Below, piece by piece: positions 23,782-62,453 of a stretch of DNA of 64,000 nt. The position numbers and the translations under genes were made by a program. The stretch lies in NCBI RefSeq assembly GCF_009914755.1, contig NC_060932.1; one strand, given 5' to 3'. The DNA comes from the human T2T-CHM13v2.0 reference genome, Homo sapiens. The notes under the pieces were generated by a model. It was not told the origin of the DNA. It did no database searches and saw only the letters and a program-made list of their open reading frames with translations. Each line of letters starts with the position of its first letter. Positions within the stretch are counted from its first letter, which is position 1.

Positions 23782-24272
23782 TTCAGCAAATGGATAGCAT
23801 TGTTTTTTATTTGCTTCAATATGGGGGTAGATAATAGCTAAAGAGCCAAGGATGAATTTCTTCAAATGACTTTATTCTGTTAGCTTTACATAGGTGTTGG
23901 AGGATTCCTAAGGTGTCAGCATTTTGTAAAGGTACCACAAAGGAGAAGTTGATAGGGAATCTAATTTTAGAATGTGCCAAATGGTCTGTGCTCAACAATA
24001 TAATTGAACTCTCTCAACTCTACCTCACCATTTCTTTATCTCAAAATTCTGTTGGCTTTGTCAAACGTTGGATTTTATTTCTGCAGCCTAGTATCTCCCC
24101 ATTCTACCACCTATGCCAGATGTTAAAGACAGCAGATGTTTTGAGGAGAATGGCATTGTGGAGATGCAGAGATGCGTTGCTAAGTTGAGGTGGATCCAGT
24201 ATAGAGATACCTCTATTTCTTCTTTATGGCTCAAGAGCTAGGACTTGGATTTTGTTTTAAGAGATGGCAGCT

Positions 24273-27269
24273 GGCCGGGTGCAGTGGCTCACGTCTGTAA
24301 TCCCAGCACTTTGGGAGGCCGAGGCAGGTGGATCACGAGGTCAGGAGTTCAAGACCAGCCTGGCCAAGAGGGTGAAACCCCATCTTTACTAAAAATACAA
24401 AAAAAAAAATTAGCTGGGTGTGGTGGTGGGCTCCTGTAATCCCAGCTACTCAGGAGGCTAAGGCAGAGAATCATTTGAACCCAGGAGACGGAGTTTGCAA
24501 AGCCAAGATCGTGCCACTGCACTCCAGCCTGGGCAACAGAAGGAGACTCCGTCTCAAAAAAAAAAAAAAGATGGCAGCTATATAAATGATAAAATTAATT
24601 ACATTCTCTTTCACATGCATGAGGTGCAAACTCTGTCACAAAGTATTTTAATTACCTTTTACCTTGTTTCATAGATCTTTATGTGACATAAAAACAGTTT
24701 CTGGCACGGTGGCTCACGCCTGTAATCCTAGCACTTTGGGAGGCTGAGGCAGGTGGATCACCTGAGGTCAGGAGTTTGAGACCAGCCTGGCCAATATGGT
24801 GAAACCCCATCTCTACAAAATTTGCAAAAAGTAGATGGGTGTGGTAGTGGGCGCCTGTAATCCCAGCTACTCAGGAGGTTGAGGCAGAGAATCGCTTGAA
24901 CCCGGGGGGTGGAGGTTGCAGTGAGCTGAGATCGCACCACTGCACTCCAGCATGAAAGAGCGAGACTCAATCTCAAAAAAAAAAAAGTTTCTGGCACCTG
25001 AACAGGAACTGGTTTCCATCATCAACTCAGAAAGCACTAAAATCTAGGTGGTGATTCAGGGAGGAGCAGGGGAAGACAGCCTCCTATGGTGGCATGAATA
25101 AGATGCTTCCAGAACTAGTAGGGAAATAACTAACCTCTTCAGGCTTTATCAGGCCTGGAGGGGAACCTTGCTCATGTTAGCAAGAAAGGTATCCTAGAGA
25201 AGCCACTCAAAAGGCTCCCTAATCCAGCCTGTCTCCACATACATACTGAAAATTCTTCCCTACTCTGAGGCAGGGTGTAGTGGTTTAGGGGTTTCTCCAG
25301 ACTGGAATCCTACCTATCTGTACCGACAATTGAGCAAACAACAGTTGAGAGAGTCCAAAAAAAAAAGTATTAAAATGTGATTGATGTAATTTACCATGTT
25401 TACTTTATGCATGCATTTTATTGGGGAGGGGAGGTCAGAATAATTCACCCAAATCTAGTGGTCTTATTTCATAGGCTAATCTGGTTTATATTTGCATTAA
25501 AGATACTGGAGGGCAATATTTACAGAGTTTAGTTTTTCTTAATTAAAAACAGTCCTCTATTAATATAGTGTGAAATATCTTTCAAAATTTAGAGTTTAGG
25601 TTTAAGATGTCTACTAGATATCTTTAAGATTTTCCTGTAAACTCACTGCACAAACTGGAATTACTTTCCAAAAGACTTAGGGAATGCAAATATGTTACTC
25701 ATAAGATGCATTGAGTATTGTAAATAAAACAAACCATTTTTGATTTGTTTAAATTGCTCGTTACAGTTCTCTTGTGGGGAGGGACTTTGTCAGTCATTTT
25801 GCATCTTAAGCTAGACTAAACTTTTTGTTGTTGTTTTCCTAAAACCATAGGTGCAAGCTTTGCCGCTGGGAAGTCATATTGAATTAAGCACTTTTGAAAA
25901 TGTCACTGTTTGTGACACACAATGTTCTCTACAGAAAACTTCTTCTATCTTATGTCATTTTAGCAGTAGATGTAGCTGCCTGCCACCAGGTGCAATATGT
26001 CATTTGCATCAGCCTTTTCAGTTAAGGAAATTAAAACTTGGCATGCATTAGTTCATATGTATGAGGTTGGCTGTGTCCCCAAACAGCAATTGCTTGTACA
26101 AGATAGAAGTTTGCTTCTCAGCTGGGCATGGTGGCTCATGCCTGTAATCCAAGCTCTTTGGGAGGCCAACGCGGGAGGATTGTTTGAGCCCAGGAGTTTG
26201 AAACCATCCTGAGCAATAGAGAGACCCCCATCTCGACAAAAAAAAAAAAAAAAAATTAGAAACAAAAAAAAGATTGTTTCTCTTTCATATTAAAGTTTGG
26301 GAAGGCAATCCAGAGCCCATATGACATTATGCAGGGTCAGGGATCCGGGTTCTTTCTATATTGTTCCTCCCCATTCTCAACCTGTAGCTTTTTTTTTTTT
26401 TCTTTTAATGAGATAGGGTCTCACTCTGTTGCCCAGGCTGGAGTGCAGTGGCACACTTCTGGCTCACTTCAGCCTGGAACTCCCGGGCTCGAGCTATATT
26501 CTCCCACTTTAGCCTCAGCCTCCAGAGTACCTGGGACTACAGGTACACACCACCATGCCTGGCTAAATTTTTTTTTTTTTTTTTTGGTAGAGATGAGGTC
26601 ATTGCTATGTTGCCCAGGCTGGCCTTGAAGTCCAGGGCTTAAGTGATCCTCCTGCCTTGGCCTCCCAAAGTGCTGGTGTTACAGGTGTGAGCCACCACAC
26701 CTGGCCAACATGTGGCTTTCAGTTCTTACTTGAAGACAGCTGCTCTAGCTAGAAACTTCCTATCGGCATCTGAGCCAGCTGGTAGAGGGCATTACCTCCC
26801 CCACCCCCAAGAACACTTCTTGGAAGTTACACACAATACATAAACTTCAATTTCAAACAGTTGCTTGGTCCCACTAGCCATGAAGCTGGATGGGACGTAA
26901 TATTCTATCTGGGTTGTCATGGGCCAAATTAACATTTTGAGATTCTGTTAGGAAGATGAGAATTGGATAATGGGCACCTCTAACAGTGTCTGTCAGAGTT
27001 GACATACATTGTGTATCTCCTGCACCAAAGCATTTTTGAGATCAAGTGTTCTTCCAGCTGAGCAGAAATTTGGAAGGCTATTCAGTGCTGCTTAGTGTAG
27101 CAGCTAATAATGTTCCAACTTCTATATGATAGTTTGCTTTTTGTTTTTTGTTTTTTTCTAGAGACAGAGTCTCGTTGCCCAGGCTGGTCTCCAATTCCTG
27201 GGTTCAAGCAATCCTCCTGACTCAGCCTCCTAAATGCTGGGATTACAGGCATGAACCACTGTGCCCAGT
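24273..27269. mobile_element. Alus in the distal MTDH 3' UTR (three sense, two antisense)
   Basis: Sense 24273-24568, ~24702-24986, 26121-26254. Antisense ~26389-26707, ~27138-27269. Confidence 0.9.
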
Positions 27270-27712
27270 CTATATATAATAGATTTTAGAAGAAATTTCT
27301 GCCACTCAGTGACTGCTTTAAATTCTAGAGACAGAGGCTGAGAGAAACTTAGTAGCCTGCCTGCGCATACTGCAAGTACAGACTATATAACAAGTTGAAA
27401 GAGAATCACCCTGGTATATAATATTTTAAAACATGAAAAAGGCATTACTATTGTTCTGGTCTAAGTACTCTAACAGGACGATGATTTCTAACCCTAGCAT
27501 CATGACATGTATATAGTGTGTTGTAAGACATTTGCCAGCTAATAGTTACAGTACTGAAGCTTGTGAATACGTTAATTGAGAAAACTTTAAGCAGGTTCAA
27601 AGTTATCCCATGATAGTGGCATTCTTATTTGTATATATGTGCTTTCCTTTTTTATTTGTATCAAGGCATTTAAAATGAATATATGTAACATGTACCTAAG
27701 TTTTAAAAGCAT

Positions 27713-27718
27713 AATAAA
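27713..27718 (+). terminator. Distal poly(A) signal of MTDH
   Basis: AATAAA with several upstream TGTA (CFIm) motifs at the end of the AU-rich block. Confidence 0.65.
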
Positions 27719-28227
27719 ATGAACACATCTGAAACCACCATTCTGCTCAAGAAATATAACATTACTCAAGAAATACAGTGTTACAAGGGGATACTGGGAA
27801 CCAGCTTGACTTGTAACAGGATTAGAGGGGGAAAGGCTTGGGTGAAAATGACTGTTCTCAAGTGCCTCACCTGGCACAGGCCCTTTTTGGTACCAACTGA
27901 GGCTTGCAGTCCCAGGAAACATCTAGCCTGATCTCAGAAAGGTTTAATGGCAACTTCATTGCCACTCCTCCCTCAAGACATTTCATGATACCTTGGGAAA
28001 TTGTTTTAATAAGTACACAGGGGCACAATGACTATGAATGTGAATGGTGCCCCAATTTGTATAGTGCACAACTCTACATGGCAGCCTTTCCCTGAGGAAG
28101 GGGGATAGATCACAAGATAGATGTCACTTCTAGACAGCTTTGCCCCACTCAGAAAAGCAGCAAGTGCCCTATAGGCACTTAGAGTGAGGGTTCCTCTGAG
28201 GTTTGTTGTGGGGCTGGAGACTCTTGA

Positions 28228-33476
<5,249 letters not shown>

Positions 33477-33479
33477 TCA

Positions 33480-33698
<219 letters not shown>

Positions 33699-33780
33699 CT
33701 ACTGCACTCCAGCCTGGGCAACGGAGGGAGACTGGGCGACGGAGGGAGACTGGGCGACAGAGCGAGACTCCGTCTCAAAA

Positions 33781-33941
33781 GAGGAGGAGAAGGAGGAAGA
33801 GGAGAGGGAGGGGGAGAGGGAGGGTGAAGGGAAGGGGGAGGGGGAGGAGGAGAAGGGAGGGGGAGGAGGGGGAGGGGGAGGAGGGGAGGGGAGGAGGGGG
33901 AGGGGGAGGAGGGGGAGGAGAAGGAGAAAGGAGAAAGGAGA
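33781..33941. repeat. GA-rich polypurine tract at an Alu tail
   Basis: About 160 nt that is almost purely G/A, with many GGG+ runs. Confidence 0.95.
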
Positions 33942-33966
33942 AACCTTAAGGAGAAATCTGAAACCA

Positions 33967-33980
33967 CCACAAGGTGGCGA
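33967..33980 (+). promoter_or_regulatory. Candidate CTCF motif
   Basis: CCACAAGGTGGCGA against the consensus CCASYAGRKGGCRS. Confidence 0.4.
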
Positions 33981-34655
33981 CTTGAACATGGGCCATTCTC
34001 CCCACCTCCCCATCCCCTTACTACCATTTTTCAAATAAGAAAAATGCAAGCTAGAGATTGAGCACCAATTTAAGTTGCACAGCTGACAAGTGGCAGAAAC
34101 TGTATTTAAAGCCACGTCCCCTGTCCCCGAGTTCAGAGCTCTTTTCACTCTCCCAATCGCTGTATGGCCACGTGCAGATGCCCCTGCCTGCTCCCTGTAT
34201 ACTACCTGTGAATATTTGCCTGTGTTTTTCTCTCTGAGAATCTCTTTCTCTCTACCTCCTTGTACCTTTATGTCTCTTTGTCTCTCTCTGTTTATTGCTG
34301 TCCTGTGTATCTTTCCTTTTCTCTTATTCTAATCTCTGTCTCCATTTCCCCAGCCCCCAAATTCATGTTCTCTTTTCTCTCCCTCCCTCTTTCCTCTCCT
34401 AGTGACTGGACTAAGCATGCATCTGAAATATAACACTCAAAGAACACTTTTAAGTTGTTTACTAAAATAGAAGGATTTTATTTGTTGTATTTAAATAAAT
34501 TACTTCTGATTTGTAAATAATAATTGCACAGAACTAGTGTAAGGTTTCCATTATATTATGTCATATATTATATTACACTTCTATCCATACAACAACTCAG
34601 TGAGGTGTTACTATTATTCCCATTTTACAGATGAGGAAACTACGAGGTTAAGTAG

Positions 34656-43735
<9,080 letters not shown>

Positions 43736-44788
43736 CCACTGGGGAAATGTACTTACTGACAGTGCCACGAGTAAGGGTTTGATTCTATGTCTATGAACCT
43801 CAGATTTTTTCAATGAATAGCTATCATTTATGGAATATCTAGAGTAGATGTTTTATGAGTATTATCTGAGATGCTCACAAAAGCTCAGGAAGTTAAGTTT
43901 TAGCCCCATTTCATAGTCCCAAATCCCAGAGAGGCTGTGCAGCTGGAAGGTGGCAAGGAATAGAACCAGGGTCCCAGCTGTCTTTCTAACTCAACATTTT
44001 TCAACCTGTATTCCACGACACATTTTTGGGCATTCGTATTACTTGTCTCAAAACTGTGCTCCAGAGTCAAAGAATGCCAGTGAACCATTTCCTCTCACAT
44101 GAGTTTACCCTTCACATCAGCAAATTTGCATTTTAGAGAAGCCCTGCATCAAAGAAAAGCATTTATTTCATTTAGTTGTTTCCAAATACATTTGGATTTG
44201 GAACTATCTGTTCAAGGGATGCCTAGTAGCATCCTGGAAACTTGTACAGATGTTGAGTTGAGTTTTCCCCTTGCTCTGCAACTGAGGCCTTCAGCTGAGG
44301 AAAAAGGGGGCATTAAGTACCCCACATTCTAAAGAGAAATACCACCACTGGGGCATCATCCTGGTCCATGCCCTCCCATCTTGTCAATTCCCAACCCCTA
44401 CCTGAAAAGACTGGGCTGGGGAGATGGGAAGGGAGTCACAAGAGCAGAATGTTGTTGGCCATGCATGGTGGCTCATGTCTGTAATCCCAGCACTTTGGGG
44501 GGCCAAGGTGGGCAGATCATTTGAACTCAAGAATTTGAGACCTGTCTGGGAAACAAGGTGAAACCTCATCTCTACTAAAAATACAAAAAAATTAGCCGGG
44601 CGTGGTGGTGCGTGCCTGTAGTCTCAGCTACTCAGAAGGCTGAGGGGGAAGGATCACTAGAGTTTGAGCAGTGATCACTTGAGGTTGCAGTGAGTCCAGA
44701 TTGTGCCACTGTACTCCAGCCTAGGCGACAGAGTGAGACACTGTCACAAAATGAAACAAAACAAAAAAACCCTTCACAGCAACATCTA

Positions 44789-45635
<847 letters not shown>

Positions 45636-45898
45636 TCTAGACTGATGTCTGACCGAACAACTGAGTCCCACAGCCTGGCCAAGTTGACACATGAAATTAG
45701 CCATCACAACATCCAAGAAGAAAATAACCTTCAAGTTAGAAAAAAGACTCTCCCGCCTGGGTATCCTAACACATCAGAGAAACTGGAGTACAGAAGCGCA
45801 GGAGTCCCTATGGTGGATCCCAGGGCTCCCTCCTAACCCTCCCCACACACATGCGCTAAGATGGAATAGGGAGAAAATGGAAGGGCAGAGCAAGCACA

Positions 45899-45964
45899 CC
45901 CCCGCCCATGCCCACGCCACAATCCTGGCCAATGCTGCGGGAGGGTTTACTCGGGAGTTATAAA
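45899..45964 (+). promoter_or_regulatory. GC box + CCAAT + TATAAA cluster (putative orphan promoter/enhancer)
   Basis: CCCCGCCC ~45900-45907, CCACGCC 45912-45918, CCAAT 45929-45933, TATAAA 45959-45964. Confidence 0.35.
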
Positions 45965-46025
45965 CAGGACTGGACTTCTCTTTCTTTACTTCTTTTCTTT
46001 TTTCTTTTTTTTTCATTTCCCATTA

Positions 46026-46788
<763 letters not shown>

Positions 46789-46798
46789 TCATAAAAAA

Positions 46799-58695
<11,897 letters not shown>

Positions 58696-58723
58696 GGGGT
58701 ATTGTTTTCTGAGCTGCAACACA

Positions 58724-59025
58724 GGCTTTAACACCCACAATGAACATAAGTGTGCTGTTGTCTTCCATCTTCTTGGCTGACTAAGGGGGCCCGCAGAACA
58801 TGCTGATGGTGCAGTGGTCAAGCTCTGCCGAGGAGACTTGGGCTGCCTCAGGAGCTGCAGGGTCTTGGGCTGCTAGAAGCTGGGTGACTTGAGGATCTTC
58901 TTTTTCCCTGTGGCTGTGGATGCCTTTCAGCACTGCCTTCTTCGCCTTCAAAGCCTTTGCCTTAACCTGGGCTTTGGGAGGAGCAGGACCTTCCTTCTCC
59001 ACCTTTGACACAATCTTCAGAAAAG
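58724..59025 (-). pseudogene. RPL23A processed pseudogene (degenerate, 3' part missing)
   Basis: The minus strand gives CTTTTC...KEGPAPPKAQVKAKALKAKKAVLKGIHSH, then frameshifted 'LDH..' and 'NSTLMFIVGVKA', colinear with RPL23A. No introns; start ATG lost. Confidence 0.9.
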
Positions 59026-59487
59026 CCTGAAGAGGCTTTCGTTGGTGAGACAGGACACAGTGATGCTGGGCTGGGTGAAAGGCAGAACTCTGTTACTTAC
59101 TTCTCCAAAGGAGAGAAGGCTGCCACACAGGACCACACAGGAGCTGCACCAGGAAGACTAACAGCAAGCTGGAAGTGTCTGAGGTGGCTTCTGTAATGCA
59201 AAGGAGGTTTTAGGGCTTCCTGGAGTTTGGGTATTTTGATAATTCTGTGACCAAACAAGAAAGGGCCATTCCTGAGCAAAAAGTACCTGGGGGCTCTGGC
59301 CCTGAATCTGTGCATATTGTAAGCCAGGGGTGTTACCGCCTGATAAGGGAAATAGTTGGGGTGAGGCCTTAGCAAACTGCCTGTGATGGGAATTAAGAAT
59401 TTTTAACCATGGCTTCAAAACTCGGTCAAGATGACACTTGATTGCATTCCAAATCTTAAACATTGATAAACTATATTGATGCCATAA

Positions 59488-60011
59488 TGTGATACCCTAC
59501 CTTGTTTTAACCTGATTGACTCTCTCTTAGCTGAGAGAGCTGGACAGACTCCATTTTGGTTTCTTTGCTTGCAGTCCCTTGTCCCCCTCCCTTAAGGACA
59601 TAACTGGTGCAAGCTGACTCCAAGCACATCCAAGAATGCGCTTACTGGTAAGATACTGAGGCAAGCTGTACCAGCAGCTCCTGGGAACGTGCTCGGTTGA
59701 TGGCACCCAAAGCCCCTGCGTTTATCACTTTGTGAGAATTTAAGCCCCCGCACCTGGGACTGTTTATTTTCCTGTAACTGTTTCTGTAACCATATATCTT
59801 TTAACTTTTTGCCTGTTCTGCTTCTGTAAAAAAACTGCTTCAGCTAGACTCCCCCTCCCCTAATCAGACCAAAGTATAGAAAGAAGTGTAGCCCCTTCTT
59901 CGGGGCCGAGAGAATTTCAAGCTCTAGCCGTCTCTCAGTCGCTGGCAATAAAGGATTCCTGAATTAGTCTCAGAGTGTGGCGTTCTCTCTATAACTCGCT
60001 CGGTTACAACA
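59488..60011 (+). mobile_element. Intact solo ERV1 LTR (LTR6-like)
   Basis: TG...CA ends, perfect 4-bp TSD ATAA (59484-59487, 60012-60015), TATA-like box ~59875, AATAAA 59947-59952. Family name from memory of the consensus. Confidence 0.75.
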
Positions 60012-60118
60012 ATAATATCACCATTAATCAGAATACTGTTTTTTGTTTGTTTGTTTTTACTGTTAGCTGCACAGATCTACCACTAATGACTGCATCTGCC
60101 CATCTTTGTCTCTCTTAT

Positions 60119-61038
60119 TGTCAGAGGCGTTGGAACCACAGTGACTCCATCTTGAATAGGGGCTAGGTAAAATGAGGCTGAGACCTACTGGGCTGCATTC
60201 CCTGGAGGCTAGGCATTCTGAGTCACTGGATGAGATAGGAGGTCAGGACAAGGTGCAGGTCATAAAGACCTTGCTAATAAAATAGTTTGCAGTAAAGAAG
60301 GCAGCCAAATCCCATCAAAACCAAGATGGCGACAAAAGTGACCTCTGGTCGTCCTCACTGCTCCTCATACGCTAATCATAATATGTTAACATGCTAAAAG
60401 ACACTCCCACCAGCACCATGACAGTTTCCAAAGCCATGGCAATGTCAGGAAGTTACCGTATATGGTCTAATATGGGGGGGAGGAACCTTCGGTTCCAGGA
60501 ATTGTCCACCCCTTTCCTGGAAAACTCATGAATAATCCACCCCTTGTTTAGCATATAATCTAGAAATAACTATAAGTATCCTTAGTGGAGCAGTCATGCC
60601 ACCACTCTGTCCATAGAGTAGCCATTCTTTATTCTTTATTTTCTTCCTTTTTTTGTGGGGGGGGGTTGGGAAAGAGAGTCTCTCATCCATCTCGGTTCAA
60701 TGCAACCTCTGCCTCCGGTGTTCAAGCGATTCTTCTGCCTCAGCCTCCCGAGTAGCTGGAATTACAGGCACATGCCACCACACCCGGCTATTTTTTTTGT
60801 AGAGACTAGGTTTCACCATGTTAGCCAGACTGTTCTCCAACTCTTGGCCTCAAATGATCCGCCTGCTTTGGCCTCCCAAAGTGCTGGGATTACAGGCATG
60901 AGCCACGGTGCCTGGCCCTCTTTACTTTCTTAATAAACTCTCTTTCACTTTACTTTATGGACTTGCCTTGAATTCTTTCTTGTGTGAGATCCAAAAACCC
61001 TCTCTTGGGTTCTGGATTGGGACCCCTTTCTGGGAACA
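60119..61038 (+). mobile_element. MER41 solo LTR (MER41B-like), interrupted by an antisense Alu (~60645-60916)
   Basis: Starts TGTCAGAGGCGTTGGAACC and ends GACCCCTTTCTGGGAACA. TSD TTAT/TTGT. Homologous to 44789-45635. Confidence 0.85.
60493..60522. promoter_or_regulatory. Tandem GAS (STAT1) motifs in MER41
   Basis: TTCCAGGAA 60493-60501 and TTCCTGGAA 60514-60522 (TTCN3GAA). Confidence 0.65.
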
Positions 61039-61621
61039 TTGTTATTTTGAGTTTCTTGGAGGCAGGGATTGTGTCTTAATGTACTCTGTCTCACAACCCC
61101 AGTCCAGAACCTGGCCAAACCCCAAGTGTGCTTTAATAAATATGTGATTAATTACATGGATCTCTGAGAGCGTATCAATCATAATTCTCGACTTCCTCCT
61201 TGGCTGCAATTCAAGAGCGGAGCCAGCTCCACATTCTGACCTTCACAGCCTGACCCTGGACAAGAGCCAGATTCTTTAATGAATCATCTGGCATACTACT
61301 TATTTTCGTCCTCTCACTCCTGTGAAACTCACAATTATCATGGCCTCCGGGAAGCAGTTCCTTGTGTTCTGACAAAAATGAGAGAGCTCACAAAATTTTC
61401 TCTTGTTTACCAACCAGCCTGGGCAACATGGTGAAACCCTGTCTCTATCAAAAAACTCACAAAAATTTGCCAGGCGTAGTGGCATGTATTTGTAGTCCCA
61501 GATACTCTGGAGGCTGAGGTGAGAGAATTACCTGAGCCCAGTAGGCAGAGGTTGTAGTGGGCTGTGATTGCACCACTGTACTCCAGCCTGGGCAACAGAG
61601 CCAGACCATGTCTCAAATACA

Positions 61622-61696
61622 CATATATATCTATATAGATATATATCTATATCTATCTATATCTATATCTATCTATCTCTCTCTCTATATATATAT
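61622..61696. repeat. (TA/TC)n microsatellite at an Alu tail
   Basis: Directly visible. Confidence 0.9.
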
Positions 61697-61739
61697 TCTG
61701 TTTAGTTTTAAGTTCTAACAGAGATATGAAGCCTATCTC

Positions 61740-62323
61740 CAGGGCCAGCTTCATGGGCAGTGTGACCTGAGCAGTGGGACCTGGGCAAAGTGACCTAGAC
61801 ATGTGACTTGAGCAGTGTGATCTGGGCAGTGTGACCTGGGCAGTGGGACCTGAGCAGTGTGATCTGGGCAGTGTGACCTGGGCAGTGGGACCTGAGCACT
61901 GGGACCTGGATAATCTGAATGTGTGACCCGAGCAGTGTGATCTGAGTGGTGTGAGCTGGGCAATGTGACCTGGGCAGTGGGAACTGAGCAGTGGGACCTG
62001 GGTAATCTGGATGTGTGACCTGGATGTGTGACCTGAGCAGTGTGATCTGGGTGGTGTGAGCTGGGCAATGTGACCTAGGCAGAGTGACTTGAGCAGTGGG
62101 ACCTGGGCACTGTGACCTGGGTAATCTGGATGTGTGACCAGAGCAGTGGAACCTGAGCAGTGGGACCTGGACAGTAGAACTTGCTAGATACTTGTGCTTA
62201 GAAGGACTGCATGCTTCATTTAATGTCCTACTGTTGCCATCTTGAAATTCTTAATACTTTTTCAAAAATAGGCCTCAAAATTTCCTTTTGCACTGGATCC
62301 CACAAATTATGTGGCTAATCCTG
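61740..62323 (+). mobile_element. MER45A-like hAT DNA transposon with an internal minisatellite
   Basis: CAGGGCCAGCTTCATGGGC...CAAATTATGTGGCTAATCCTG ends and a perfect 8-bp TSD CCTATCTC (61732-61739, 62324-62331). Confidence 0.85.
61755..62172. repeat. Minisatellite, ~14-bp unit (GGGCAGTGTGACCT / GAGCAGTGGGACCT), ~30 copies
   Basis: Directly visible tandem array with variant units. Confidence 0.95.
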
Positions 62324-62453
62324 CCTATCTCTTTGGTACGTACCTTAAGCCTCCTGTGACATGAATTTATCATCAAGTCATGTGGGTTTTAGTTATGAAA
62401 CCTCCAGTAGTTCTGTAGCTCCCCACTTTCCTCAGGAAATATACTCCAAACAG

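Larger units (their letters stand above)
22151..27740 (+). other. MTDH: MTDH 3' UTR (long form; end approximate)
   Basis: AU-rich, repeat-free sequence follows the stop codon to ~24.2 kb. Distal AATAAA at 27713-27718. The length fits a ~7.6 kb mRNA recalled from the literature. Confidence 0.75.

Noticed and set aside
23913-24188. 91-aa non-Alu ORF in the MTDH 3' UTR
   Set aside because: GTG start, no recognisable homology, and a length expected by chance.
45912-45933. CCACG and CCAAT as an ER-stress element
   Set aside because: ERSE needs CCAAT-N9-CCACG. Order and spacing here do not fit.
61751-62172. Repeat array as a CRISPR-like locus or His/Pro-rich protein gene
   Set aside because: Units are contiguous without unique spacers, there are no cas genes, the DNA is eukaryotic, and the ORF is just the minisatellite read in frame.
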